Source of the DNA: Sarea resinae
Taxonomy: Eukaryota
DNA length: 52,515 nt
Assembly (NCBI GenBank): GCA_026026165.1
Contig: JAPEUD010000109.1
Span: 1 to 52,515 of the forward strand
Direction of reading: 5' to 3'
Shown here: positions 11,231 through 23,646 of the stretch, piece by piece
Layout: each line of letters starts with the position of its first letter
Numbering within the stretch: position 1 is the stretch's first letter
Notes under the pieces: model-generated
Databases searched by the model: none
What the model saw: only the letters and a program-made list of their open reading frames with translations
What the model was told of the DNA's origin: nothing
Made by a program: the position numbers and the translations under genes

Positions 11231-13569
11231 ATGCCTCCGAAGAAGGCTCAACCCAAGGTTTCTGCCCGCCGTAATGTCAAGGCCCAGGAGCCACCGGCCG
11301 AAAGCTCACAAGCCGCCTCTGACTCGACAATGCCGGGAGCTGGAGAGAGTGGGCCAGCGATGACAGGAGAAAGTAACGCAGTCGCCCCCTCGGAGGAGGC
11401 CCAGGCGACGGCGCCAGCAAGGTCCTCTCGACCTCCCGTTCAGCGACTCGCCTCCCTCAGAGGTCGAGCTTCGGCGAGTCCAGCGCCAGGCGCCTCGGGC
11501 TCCAAAGGACCGCTCAAGTTCAAGCCTAAGAATGTCATCCGAAGGAGTGAGGAGGAGCGTCTTGGGGCGGAGCGTGAGAGGCTTGCGCGCCTGCAGGCCA
11601 GACAAGCTGCTGCTGACGCTGTAGCTGCTAGCGCAAGGGGCGGGCGTGGAGGCAGGGGTCGGGGAGGGATGAGTAGGGGTCGAGGAGGAGGCAGAGGCGG
11701 GTTTGGCCGAGGAGATGACCGAAGAGAGGGGATGGCCAGTGGTCCATTCTCACAGATGAGCGAGCCGATGGGTAGGTTTGGGAGTTTCTCAAGGGTTCAG
11801 ATACACGGCTGACGAACGCGTGATCAATAGGCAGAAGAAGGGTCTTTGCGCAAAGCGGTGGTTCTTCCCTGGGATCTCGACATTTTTCGACCAAGGGCCC
11901 AAAGGTCAAACGAGAAGGGAATGGCGACGTTGCCATGGACGGCTCGGGGATCAAATCGGAGAACGGCTATGTGGCATACTCATCGTCCGAGGATGATGAT
12001 CCGAGAGAAGGCCCCAGAGTGGCGGTCGAGCACATCAACCTGGTCAGCGACGAAGAAGACTCGGACGAAGAAGGCCCGACATCGATTAAGGGCAAAGGGC
12101 GGGCTAAAGCCAAGCCTGCCAGCAGTTCAGGCTGGGGTCAACGACCGGTGCGCATCAACAGAAAAGAGCATGTGGATCGATCCACGGCCGTCAATACCGA
12201 GGCCAGCTCTACGACGTCTGCGGAGCTGAGGAAAAAGGCCCAGGAGAAGCAGGACAAGGGCGACTTGTTCGTGCCGCTCGATGAGGCTGCAGAGGTCGTT
12301 GCCAAGACGTCGGCGAAGCAGGAGAAAAAGGCACCTGCGACTGTGCAACCCAGGGAATGGAAGGGCGTCTATCAAGAGGACGAGGACGAGAAGGACAAGG
12401 TGCAAGTGAAGCAAGAGCCGACGGACGAGAACACGATGATGATGGATGTCGACGCAATCCCCGCGCATGCCGATGCGAGCACCTCTCAGGCTCCGAAGAT
12501 TAAATCCGCGCCGCCCTCGCCCGAACTGAAAAAGAACTCCCTCAAGCCCAGACCTCCGAAGGCGCAAGCCAAAGCCAAACCGCCCAACAAGAAGAGAAAG
12601 GGACCCACGTTCACGGACCCGGCGCCCGTGCTCGCGACAGAAGAAGACCGTGCCGAGTGGGCCCGCCACGAGGAAGACGTGCGTCTGCTCGCGCAGGAAC
12701 TCGGCCAGATGAACGCGTATCAGAAAACAGCAGGCACAGATACCGGGACAGCATCGGCGGGCGAGGGCGGCGTCGGGGGTGAAGGAGAGAAACAAGCAGA
12801 AGAGACACAGCAGCAGCAGCAGCCGCTAGCCGACCGTAAAGAGGGACGGCTCTACCTCTTCCAGTTCCCGCCACTAGTGCCCGGGCTCGTGGCGCCCGTG
12901 GTCAAGAAAGAGGAGTCGCCGGCTCCTCCGCCGGTCGGCGATCGCAAGGCCCCGGACGCCATCAATATCGATAATACGAATACTCCAGCGGCCAAGAAAC
13001 CCGCTGCGGCAAGAAACCCCGCTGCTGCTGCCGCCGACCACACGCCGAAACCTCAACCGCTGACTGCGCCGCGCGCTCATCTGCCGGCTGGCAGAGCAGG
13101 CACGCTGCGGATCCACCGGTCCGGTCGCGTGTCGCTGGCCTGGGGTATACCGTCGCCGTCGCCGTCCCCTTTGTCTTCGTCTGGCCCAAGCACCACCACC
13201 ACATCGTCCTCATCCGCCACTGCCACTGCCCCTGCCCACACCGCCCCTCGTCTTCATCCTCCCAAGTCCGCGCCCACCACCACTACGACCCCCGGCTCCA
13301 CACCACTAACGCTCCACCTCGCCGCGCCCACCGACCACCTGACCGACATCCTACTCGCCAACCCGCTGGTCCCGCGCGTCTCGGACTCGGCGCTGGTCAC
13401 GCCGCGCGAGCGCGAAGAGGCCGAGGAGGAGGTCCGCTTGAAGCTTGAAGGTGGTGGTGCTGGCGGGGGGGATGGGGGGGCGGCGGGGCTGGGGCTCGCG
13501 GCTTGGGGGCTCGGGGCCGTGAGCGGTAAGTTTGTGGTCGTGCCGGATTGGGAGGGGATGTTGAGGTAG
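11231..13569 (+). CDS. RPC53: RNA polymerase III subunit RPC4/Rpc53, ~759 aa; exons 11231-11771, 11831-13569
   Basis: N-terminal LKFKPK motif and RGG tract. C-terminal RPC4 motifs GRLYLFQFPP, GRAGTLRIHRSGRVSLAWG and LGAVSGKFVVVPDW. Phase-1 intron 11772-11830 (GTAGGT..CTGAC..TAG). Confidence 0.88.
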
Positions 13570-14560
13570 GGTTTGGTTGGGTAGGGTAGGGTAGGGTAGG
13601 GGGTAAGGGGAAGGGGAGGGAGAAAGGAGAAGAGAGGAGAGAAGAAAGGAGAAGACTCCTAAACACAAGAGAAAAAGCTAGAAGACTAGAAGACTGGTCT
13701 ATCTACCTATCTGCCTAGCTAAGGTAGCTAGCTAGTATATCATTAAGAAATCCAATCTATGAAACATATTCTAGTATAGTATGCTATACTGTATACTCTT
13801 TACTTACTTGCTTTTGCTGCTACTAACTACCTTACTAACTAACTAGGTACCTACCTAACCTCTACTTATTAGCTACCTTACCTACCTTACCTGCCTTACC
13901 TACCTTACTTACCTTGTCTTAGGTAAGTCTTACTATAGCAATATCTATCTACCTACCTATATATCTATACACACAATAAGCTAAGCTAAGCTAAGATTTA
14001 GTTTAGTTTGGTTTGGTTTGGTTTAATAATTACTATATCTGTTTATTGTCTTAGTATGTACATACGTAGGTAGGTAAGGTAGGTAGGTAGGTAGGTAGCT
14101 AGATCTTTGTTTTTTTTTTTTGATTTCTTTTTTTTGATTTTTTGATTTGTTTTGCTTTGTTTTTTTAGTTCTTGTTCGTTTTTTTTTTTCAGGGGGGTTC
14201 TTCTGCCTAGGTGTGGGTTTTACTTTGGTGTTCTGGTTTCTAATATCTGATATCTGATTTCTGATATTTGCTTCTACAAGTTTATTAAGGTGTAAGTGTT
14301 ATGTTGTCTATATGATTCAGTGTAGTGTATGTAGGAGATATAGTATAGCATAGCAATTCACCACCCTCTTCTACCCTTTTCTTCTCCTCTTCTTATCTCA
14401 TCTCCTCTCCTCTCCTCTACTCGGCTCTACTCGGCTCTGCTCTGCTTTAATCTACTCTATTCTATTTACTCCCGTCGTATCTGCTTTGTCTGTATATACA
14501 CACACACACACACATACATGCACGAGCTAAGCCAAGCCAAGCCAAGCCAAGGGAAGCCAA
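13570..14560. repeat. AT-rich low-complexity microsatellite spacer between convergent RPC53 and the Kre1-like gene
   Basis: (GGGTA)n, (CTAC/CCTTA)n, (CTAAG)n, (GGTTT)n, (TAGG)n, poly-T, (CA)n and (GCCAA)n tracts. Confidence 0.85.
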
Positions 14561-14820
14561 TATAACACAACACTCAACAGACGATATGCAGGAGAAGGTA
14601 AAACGATGCATCAAGAAAATGCAATGATGAGACGAAAGGAAACGCAATGTGGTGGAACGCAAGGTGAAGAAAAAAAGGAACGCAATGCCATTTCGTGAGA
14701 ACAAAACACCAAAACCCCCGAGTGGAACGGAACGGAACGCAGCGTATCGGACTAGTGACGAGAGAGAGAGAGAGAATCCAAAACCATCGCCATCTCATCG
14801 CCGTCACTGTAATGTCATCG

Positions 14821-15617
14821 TCATGCCAGCCACGCCGCGCCGCCGCCGCCGCCGACCAAGACGCCAGCCCCAACCGCCACGCCGATGACCAGACCCAGCA
14901 CCATGCCCACGTCTGGCCCGGCCCCCGAGAAGACCCCCACATCCCGCCGCAGGCGATGGCCCGCGCTGGCGGACTCGGTCTTGACGACGCCGATCTTGCC
15001 GGTCAGGGTGCCCATGCCGACGGCGCCGGCCTTGGCCGTCGGCGCCTGCGACGGCACCGACGCGAACGTCTGCGAGAAGATGATCGACACGTACGTCGTC
15101 ACGCCCGGCGAGATCTCCGTCTGCACCCACATGGTGGTCATGGGGTTGGCCTGCGTCGGCTGGGCGGCGGCGTTGGGGTTGTCCATGACGGCGCGGAGTC
15201 TAGGTGCGAGCGGACGTGCGTAAGGAGGGGGTTTGTTTGGAAGGGAAGAAAGGCATTGAGAGGGGGGGTGTTGGAGTGAGAGAGGGGAACTTACTCTAAT
15301 TGCTCGAGCGTCTCGGGCGGGTACGAGATCTGGGGTGGGGCGGCTTCTTCTGCCTCTTCTGACGGCGGATGTAGTGGCTGTGCTTGTTGTTCGTTCGTTG
15401 GGACGGGAAGCGGGATCGAGGAGGCCATGTCGGCTGCTGGCGATGGCGATGGCGGTGATATCGACGTCTGCGCTCCTGCTGCTGCCACCGCCGCCGCCGC
15501 CACCAGCGCCGTTGTCGTCGTCGATGAGGATGATGATACCACCGACGTCGGCGACGAGATGGTGTCGGCGCGGGCGAGCGCCGGAAGAAGGAAAAGCGCT
15601 ATCGTCGTGAGCCGCAT
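14821..15617 (-). CDS. Kre1-like secreted/GPI-anchored cell-wall protein, ~233 aa; exons 15617-15295, 15199-14821
   Basis: Signal peptide MRLTTIALFLLPALARA; S/T/A/P-rich stalk; Kre1-type motif TMWV...FSQTFASVPSQAPTAKAGAVGMGTLTGKIGVVK; hydrophobic C-terminus. Intron 15294-15200 (GTAAGT..TAG). Confidence 0.78.
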
Positions 15618-15734
15618 GTTGCAAGATGAGGGCGATGACGGCCGATGGGACTCTCGATCTGGCTCGTCGTCGAGGTGGGATGTCTATGTTCGTGGAGTCG
15701 TCGATATGTACGAGTGCATAAGTGAATGAAGATC

Positions 15735-15853
15735 TGTATGGATGGATGGATGGATGGATGGATGATTTGCCTCCCCGGCGTCGTCGTCGTCCGCAATGGG
15801 AAAGGATCGAAAAGAAGGGAACGGATTGATATGGACAAGAGAGCGACAGACAG

Positions 15854-15899
<46 letters not shown>

Positions 15900-15900
15900 G
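15735..15900. repeat. (GGAT)n, (AC)n and (AG)n microsatellites upstream of the Kre1-like gene
   Basis: Directly visible. Confidence 0.85.
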
Positions 15901-16509
15901 GACGGAAAGGACTGTGAAGCACAAACGACTGCGTACGCGTGATGGAGACTACATAGTACACTCGCTCTCGCTCTCCTCTCCCTCTCCCTAGTGCACGCGT
16001 GGATATTAATGAGGAAGTGAGCGGCAATTTGACGCCGGATAGGGGGCGCGCCAAGCCATCAGGGCGGAACGGGAACAACTGGAAGGGCCGCCAAGGGTCC
16101 ACCCACCATGACTAATCGATCTCGCTCCACCGGCAGCTTCCATGCAACGCTGCAGGAACCGACGGGGGCGGTGAATCACGAGGTCGCCTATTGTTGCCGT
16201 CTCACCGGCTCACTACTACGTAGACGACGTGACAACACCCATTCGTGCTTTACGCGCCGACGGATTCAAGCATGGATGAATATCTATCTGGTCTTTCCAG
16301 TCTACCGATTCTAGCCATGCATGGAGAGCGATCAAGCAAACCCGCCTGACGCCCATTTCTCTTCTCGATGCCCGCAACGCCCAAGCCCGAGCCCAGCCCA
16401 AGCCCAAGCCTAACTACCTGATGTCCTCTGACGCCGCACATGGATGGTGGTTTCGCGTGACCAATTGACTCGTCCCTCGCCTCGCTCGCCATGATCAGAA
16501 AATAACCTA

Positions 16510-18765
16510 TCAATCCTCCTCGTCGTAGCCTTCCCGGACCTCTGCCCATCCACAGCCCCATCGGCGACCATCGGCCTCTCCGTTCGTCCGCAATGCTCGT
16601 GCGTCCGGCCCTTCTCGCCAGCAGCGAGCGTTGAAATCGTCGCTCACCGTCATCAGCTCGCCCGCCGACGTCCATGTCACACCTGACACCTCCCGGCCGT
16701 GGCCGCGGACGAGCGCCGTGCCGTGCTGATAGATCGGGATCGTATCGTTGAGTCGCGTAGAGAGGCTGGCGCCATTGCTGCTGCTCCGGCTGAGACCAGG
16801 GTGGCCACGGACGCTCTCATCGGCGGCTTGCAGCTTCGGCTTTCGCATATATCTCTCGTCCGTGGGAAAGAGGACGGCACAGCCATCGCCGCTTCCAACC
16901 GCGAGCATCTCCGGCTTATCGCCGGCGGCAGGCCGCAAAGACGACTTGACATAGAAGGTGGTGGCGTGAAATTGTGGATGGCGGAAACCGTAGATCGGTC
17001 CAAGACCTTCTTTACCACCGCGAGCAGACCTTCGCGGTCTGGAGGTGGCCATTGAGAGCTCGGGAGCGTGGCCGAGGACCAGATGGGCGGTGGAATAGGC
17101 GTACACCGTATTGTCTCGGCACAGAGTGTACAAACGACTGCCATCGCCACTCAAGGACAATGAATTCACGCCGAACACGCGGTGTCTGTCGTGACTCTCT
17201 GGTTGTCTGGTGGTCGAGAGAGGGAGCGCCCGGCCTCGACGACTGTTGTGTGTGGTACGTAGATCCCAGACCTTGACGCAAGCATTGGCCTCCGAGGCCG
17301 AAAGCAGCAGATGCTCTCGTCCTGGAGGTAGAAAGGCTAGAGCCGTTATGGAAACGTCGCCTCTTCGGCCTGGAGACTCCGTTTTCGAAGGCGCATCTGA
17401 TGGCGAAGACGCTTTGGTGACCAACCCTTGGCCCAGCGGCTGTTGGTTTCCATGGGCGGCGTAGATGCTATCCACAGCACGGGCGTACGTTACCTTTGGA
17501 GGCGATCTAGACTGAGATGATCCGGCCTCCAAGGAGACGTGGAAATCACGCACGGGTGCCTCTAGCCCTTTACATCTCAAGTCCCAGATATGAACAGTCC
17601 CATCACGACTAGACGTCGCGATGATGCTGTTGTTTCCGCTGCCTGGCTGGAATCGGACCTGCTTGATTGATGCCACATGTCCGGCCAGGGTCGAGATGGT
17701 ACGCTGGGTAGGCATGTCGATGATGCGCGCTGTCTGATCCCCCGACCCAGTTGCGAGCAGCAGGTCGTCCGAGGAAAAGCAGAGGTCGAGGATGGCATTT
17801 TTGTGCGGCCGGAAGTGGAGGACATAATCGTCCGAGAGCCCAGGGTCGCCGTCTTCGGATTCCAGAAGTCGAACACCACCTTCCTCGTCACCAACTGCGA
17901 CAAGGGTATTTGCTGTGGATATGATCAGTGGAAGAACGCCGGCATTGTGATGGAGGACATACTGTTGCAGCTCGCAGAGCAGAACGGCAGTGCTGTATTA
18001 GAGGTCTCCGGATCTCTGCACAAATGAGTGTCGTCGGGAAGACTATAGAAGTTCGCGGTCTCGTCTTGCCAGTCTGTACACGATTAGATGCTAGAAGTAC
18101 CCGCAATATCACTGTGACCTACTCCCGCAATGATCCAAACGCTCCAGCTGTCTCGCGTAGCCCCAATTGCCCAAGCTACGTTGCAGGATACGTCCATTGA
18201 CACCACCACAACCAGCTTGTCGAATGGGTAGCTTGACAGTGGGCTTCGTCTGGCTTTCCAAGACAATGTTGCTAGGGCCAGGAGACGTCCCACGCTCGGT
18301 CTCTGCATCCGAGTCTTCATCCTCTAAAATGGTCGGTGGGGTGAAACGTGCTCTTTTCGGCGGCGAGGAGATCGGCGAAGTCTCGGGAGTCAAAAGCGGT
18401 TTCCTCTTCGTACCACTTGACAATACTGGCAGCCCATTCTCGTCTCCGCCAAAGTTGATATCAGGGAAAAGCACTCCAGACCGTGCGGTCTTCGACTGAA
18501 CGGAACCGTCACGGTTGATGGCAGGGGAAGTGATGTCTTGCAATGCCCTTCTCGATGCACTGACTCTATCGCTATGGCGAAGCGATGATCGAGGAGTGAA
18601 GAACCTCCTGAAAGAATTGGGAGTCACCGCCGGTCGGCCCTTGGGTTTCCGGGAGTAATCTCCATTTCCTTTCCGGGGAGCAAGTGGCGAAGAGGGAAGG
18701 TCATCGACTGGGGATGATGACCTGGGATGGTCCAGGTCCAAACTTGCCTCTCGCCGGTTCTCCAT
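16510..18765 (-). CDS. cdt2: WD40 protein, Cdt2/DTL-like CRL4 substrate receptor, ~718 aa; exons 18765-18123, 18073-17963, 17912-16510
   Basis: Spliced translation gives LPFCSASCN, LVAVGDEEGGVRLL, HKNAILDL, GHVASIKQV, SSRDGTVHIWDLR, TFYVKSSL and LVRGHGREVSGVTW, typical of Cdt2. Introns 18122-18074 and 17962-17913. Confidence 0.85.
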
Positions 18766-19307
18766 GGCTCGTGAAGCCGTAAAAGAAGTTCAAGATTGCC
18801 AGGTCATTGCCCCCGTAATATATGCGGTGAGAGGAGGCGGGGCGAGAGGTTGAAGAGCTAGAAAAGATCCGCGGCCCCGTACAAGACAGTCGCGCACCCG
18901 CGTCATTCGCGAACTCATCACCTGCAGAGACACGCCAGTTCACGCAGAGCACGTAGAGCACGCACGCAGAGTACGCGAAGAGCATCGCGCAGGCCGACAA
19001 GAGTATTGAGTACTTCTTGACCAGCGTGGCAGATGGGCCCTCCTCAAGTAGCGAGTACCCCTATAGTGCCCCTACACCACTTTACTCATCGTAGGTGCTT
19101 CGGTCGCTACTTCCCGCGCAGTCGACCTCGCAGTCTAACCGTGCTTGTCCCTCTTAGCGAGCATTTCATGAGTATCCCTGTCTTACTGCTACAAAAATTA
19201 TTTCTGTAGAGCCATCCCGATATTGCCATAGCTGGCGGGGCTTGAATTCGACCCTCTCTCCATCGAGCAATCTTCTCGGGGTCTGCTGTTTTGTCCCGAA
19301 ACCAAAA
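18766..19307. promoter_or_regulatory. Compact bidirectional promoter between cdt2 and RRP5
   Basis: 542 bp between divergent ATGs. CGCG-core cluster at about 18869-18991; PAC-like CGATGAG on the minus strand at 19085-19091. Confidence 0.55.
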
Positions 19308-22300
19308 ATGGCTCCCATCAAGAGAAAAGGTGGTGCGGCAGACGAGTCCACCTCACATGCGCAAAACTCGAGCAAAAAGCATCCCAATCCGGATACTCGA
19401 CCTCAGAAGAGACAGCGCTCCGACACCGACAAGCCTGCAGCGGCACCTGCGAAACCAGTGGTGTCGACATTACTCAAGGATGATGAACCCTCGTTTCCTC
19501 GAGGTGGCGCCAGTGTCTTGACGCCTCTGGAACACAAGCAGATCCAGATCGATGCTGCGAGAGACGTCTTATTCGAGCAGAATGGATCAGCCAAAGCCAA
19601 ACGTGGGCCCAAGGATGAGGAGGACCTTTTCGGAGCAGAGCCAGACGAATCTACACCCAAAAAGAGAAAGTCCAAGGCGAAGAGCAAGAAGGAGAAAACT
19701 TCGACCGAACAGCAGGAGGAAGAGGTTAGGATTGAAGGCTTGAGCTACAAGGTGAGTGCGTTGTGCAGCTTCTCGTACCTGGTCATGAACTCACTCTCTA
19801 CAGCGCATCATACCTGGCTCGATGGTCCTCGGACAAGTGACACAGATCAATGCTGACGATATTGCGCTTGCATTACCCAACAACTTGACCGGCTATGTTC
19901 CATTGACAGCCATATCCGACAAAGTTACGAAGAGGGTTGAAGCATTGCTCAATGAGGATGAAGATGAAAGTGGCGATGAAGATGAAACGAACGACAAAGA
20001 GGTGGACCTGAAGTCTTTCTTCCATATTGGCCAATATCTTCGTGCTTATGTCACGTCAACCGGCGACGCAGGCGCGACAAAGCCCAGAAGCAGAAAGCAT
20101 CTGGAATTATCTGTTGATCCTCGACACGCTAACAGTGGGTTGTCGAAAAATGATCTGGTGGTCAACAGTATGGTTCAGGCTTCTGTTGTCAGTGTTGAAG
20201 ACCATGGTCTGGTGATGGATCTTGGTATTGGAGACGAGGGTGTGAGAGGTTTCATCTCCTCCAATGAAGTTGGTCAGGACATTGAATACTCCCGTATTGA
20301 AGAAGGCTCGGTTCTTCTATGTTTGGTGACCGGACTGAGCTCAAATGGACAGATATTGAAGCTGTCTGCGGATCCCCAGAAAGGCGGAAACCTCAAAAAA
20401 TCACACTACCTGTCAGACGCTCCCACCATCGACTCGTTTCTCCCGGGAACAGCTGTTGAGGTTTTGGTGGCCGATGTCACAGCTTCTGGCTTCGCCGGAA
20501 AGATTATGGGCATGTTAGACTGTACAGCTGATCTGGTACACTCTGGAGCCGCAGGGGCTAAAGAAATCGAAAAGAAGATCAAAGTTGGTTCGAAGATCAA
20601 AGGGAGGATCATTTGCACGTTTCCGACGCGGGAACCTAAGAAGCTAGGACTGTCACTCCTAGACCATGTGATGAGGCTTGCGTCTCCAATTTCAACAGAT
20701 TCAAAAGGCAAGCGAAGTCCGCTTGATGATCTGGCAATCTCCTCTATTGTGGATGCAGCAAAGGTGGTAAAGGTCGAGCCAAGTGTTGGCGTGTTCGTGG
20801 ATGTCGGTGTCAAAGGTGTTCCTGCATTTGTACACATCTCCAGGGTCACAGACGGCAAGATCGAGGCATTGTCGGAGACCACCGGCGCTTTCAAAGTTGG
20901 ATCTACCCATCCTGCGAGGATACTTGACTACAACCCGATGGATGGGATGTTCATCGCATCAATGGAGCCCAAGGTCCTCAGCCAACCTTTCCTTCGCATC
21001 GAGGATGTAACGGTTGGAACGGTTGTGAAGTGTAAGGTTGAAAAGCTCATCGTCAATGCCAAAGGCGTTGGAGGTGTCCTCGTGAATCTTGCAGAAGGCA
21101 TCAGTGGTCTCGTCCCGGAAATGCATATGGCAGACGTACATCTGCAACATCCGGAGAAGAAATTCAAGGAAGGCATGCCAGTAACGGCACGGGTCCTCTC
21201 GACCGACCCCTCAAAGCGTCAGATCCGACTAACCCTCAAGAAATCTCTTGTCAATTCCGAAGATGCTATCTGGACTTCCTACGACGTCATCTCTGTGGGC
21301 TCGAGATCACCGGGCACGCTTATCAACATTCTTCCGACCGGTGCTGTAGTACAATTCTATGGGCCGGTGCGAGGTTTTCTGCCAGTTTCAGAGATGAGCG
21401 AAGCATACATCCAGGATCCCAAGCAGCATTTCCGCGTTGGACAAGTTGTCAACGTTCATGTGCTCTCCGTTGACGCCAATAGCCAGAAGATGACAGTCTC
21501 TTGCAAAGACCCGTCGGTATTCGGCATGGCTCAGCAAAGCGCTTTCAAAGCTCTGCAGGTGGGGAGCATGATAAAGGGAAATGTCTCGGAAAAGTCGAGC
21601 AGTGATATCGTCGTCGAGCTCGAAGGAAATGGTTTGAAGGCCATGCTGCCTTTGGGACATCTTACGGATGGTTCGGAGCAGAAAAACAACTCGACGATGA
21701 AGAAAATCAGGGTGGGACAGACTCTCCAAGACCTTGTAGTCATCGAGAAGCTTGACAAGAAGACTATGTTGAGAGTGAGCAACAAGCCAAGTCTTGTCAA
21801 AGCTGGTAAAGCAAAGACCTTGCTCTCCTCTTACGACGATGTCCAAGTCGGAAAGAAGTACGATGGCTTTATCAACAATATCACGGCTACTGCAGTTTAC
21901 GTACGATTTGGTGGAGGTCTGACTGGATTGATTCCTAAGCGTCAAATCCCAGATGAATCTCTGCAGGTTCCCGATTTTGGTTTCAGACGTGATCAATCAA
22001 TTTCGGCCACTGTGATTGCACTGGATGAGAAAGAGAGGAGGTTCTTGCTGTCGCTGATACCCGAGGCCGCGAAGGCGTCCACAACCGTACCCAAGGAGAA
22101 TGTCAATGCTCCCGAGCAAGCTGTCTCGAATCCTTATGATGGCCAATCAACATCTATGGATGACTACTCCCTCGGCAAGCTAACAAAAGCTCGGATCGCT
22201 TCTATAAAGGATACGCAGATCAATGTTCAGCTTGCTGATAATGTGCAAGGCCGTATTGACGTGTCAGAAGTCTTTAATTCTTGGGAGGATATCAAGGACC

Positions 22301-23613
22301 GGAAACACCCATTGAGAAGCCTGAACGTCAAGCAGATTCTCCCAGTCAGGGTCCTAGGAGTCCACGATGCACGAAATCACCGATTCCTGCCTATCAGTCA
22401 TCGATCGGGACGAGTTCCAGTCTTCGAGCTTTCAGCAAAGCCTAGCGACCAAGTCGAAGGCGAGGTCGAAAGTCTGACTCTGGAGAAAGTCAAGGTGGGG
22501 TCGAAATGGGTGGCTTTCGTCAACAACATCGGAGATGACTGTCTCTGGGTCAATCTGTCCCCCAATGTGCGAGGTCGTGTCAAGCTCATAGATGCATCTA
22601 ATGATTTGTCCCTACTCGACGACTTAGAGGAGCATTTCCCCATCGGCTCAGCTCTTAAGGTTCACGTCACTGGAGTGGACGTTGCGAACAATCGCCTTGA
22701 TCTCTCAGCGAGGAGTGGCGGCTCGTCCGAGCCGCTCACCTTTAGCAATCTGTCCAAAGGCATGGTTGTCCCTGGCCGCGTCACGAAGGTCAACGAGCGA
22801 CAGATCATGGTCCAACTCAGCGAGAACATCTCGGGCCCCGTTGGCTTGACTGAATTGACTGACGACTATTCTCAAGCTAATCCGACGACTTATAACAAGA
22901 ACGATATTGTTCGAGTGTGCGTAGTGGATGTTGAGGCACCAAACAAGAGGGTATTTTTGTCGACAAGGCCGTCGAGGGTTCTCAATTCGTCCCTTCCAGT
23001 CAAAGATCCCGAGATCTCGAGCATATCACAGCTCAAAGTGAACGACGTGGTTCGAGGCTTCGTGAAGAACGTGGCCAACGAGGGTCTTTTCGTCAGCTTG
23101 GGACCTCAAGTCACAGCCTATGTCCGAGTTTCAGACCTCTCCGACTCCTACATCAAAGACTGGAAATCCAATTTCCAGATCGACCAGCTTGTCAAAGGCA
23201 AGGTGATCGCTGTTGATCCTCTGCTCAATCACGTCCAGATGAGCTTGAAATCTTCCATCATCGAGAAGGATTACAAGGCTCCCATCGGCTTCAATGACCT
23301 TCAAGTGGGCCAAGTCATCACCGGCAAAATTCGCAAGGTTGAAGACTTTGGTGTTTTCATCGTTGTCGACGGCTCGGCGAATGTCAGTGGCTTGTGTCAT
23401 AAGAGCGAGATGGCTGATCAGAGAGTTGCCGACGTGAAGAAATTATACGACGAGGGCGATGCCGTCAAGGCGGTCGTGCTCAAAGTCGAGCCAGAAAAAC
23501 GAAGAATCAGCTTCGGACTGAAGGCGTCATACTTTGAAGATGGTAGTGACTCCGAGGACAGCGATGTCGATGGTGTCGATGGTATGGAGGGTGTCGAGCT
23601 TGAGGGATTCGGC

Positions 23614-23646
<33 letters not shown>

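Noticed and set aside
14821..15924. 367-aa ORF as one CDS
   Set aside because: The N-terminal part runs through (TC)n/(TG)n repeats; the spliced model from 15617 gives a coherent signal peptide.
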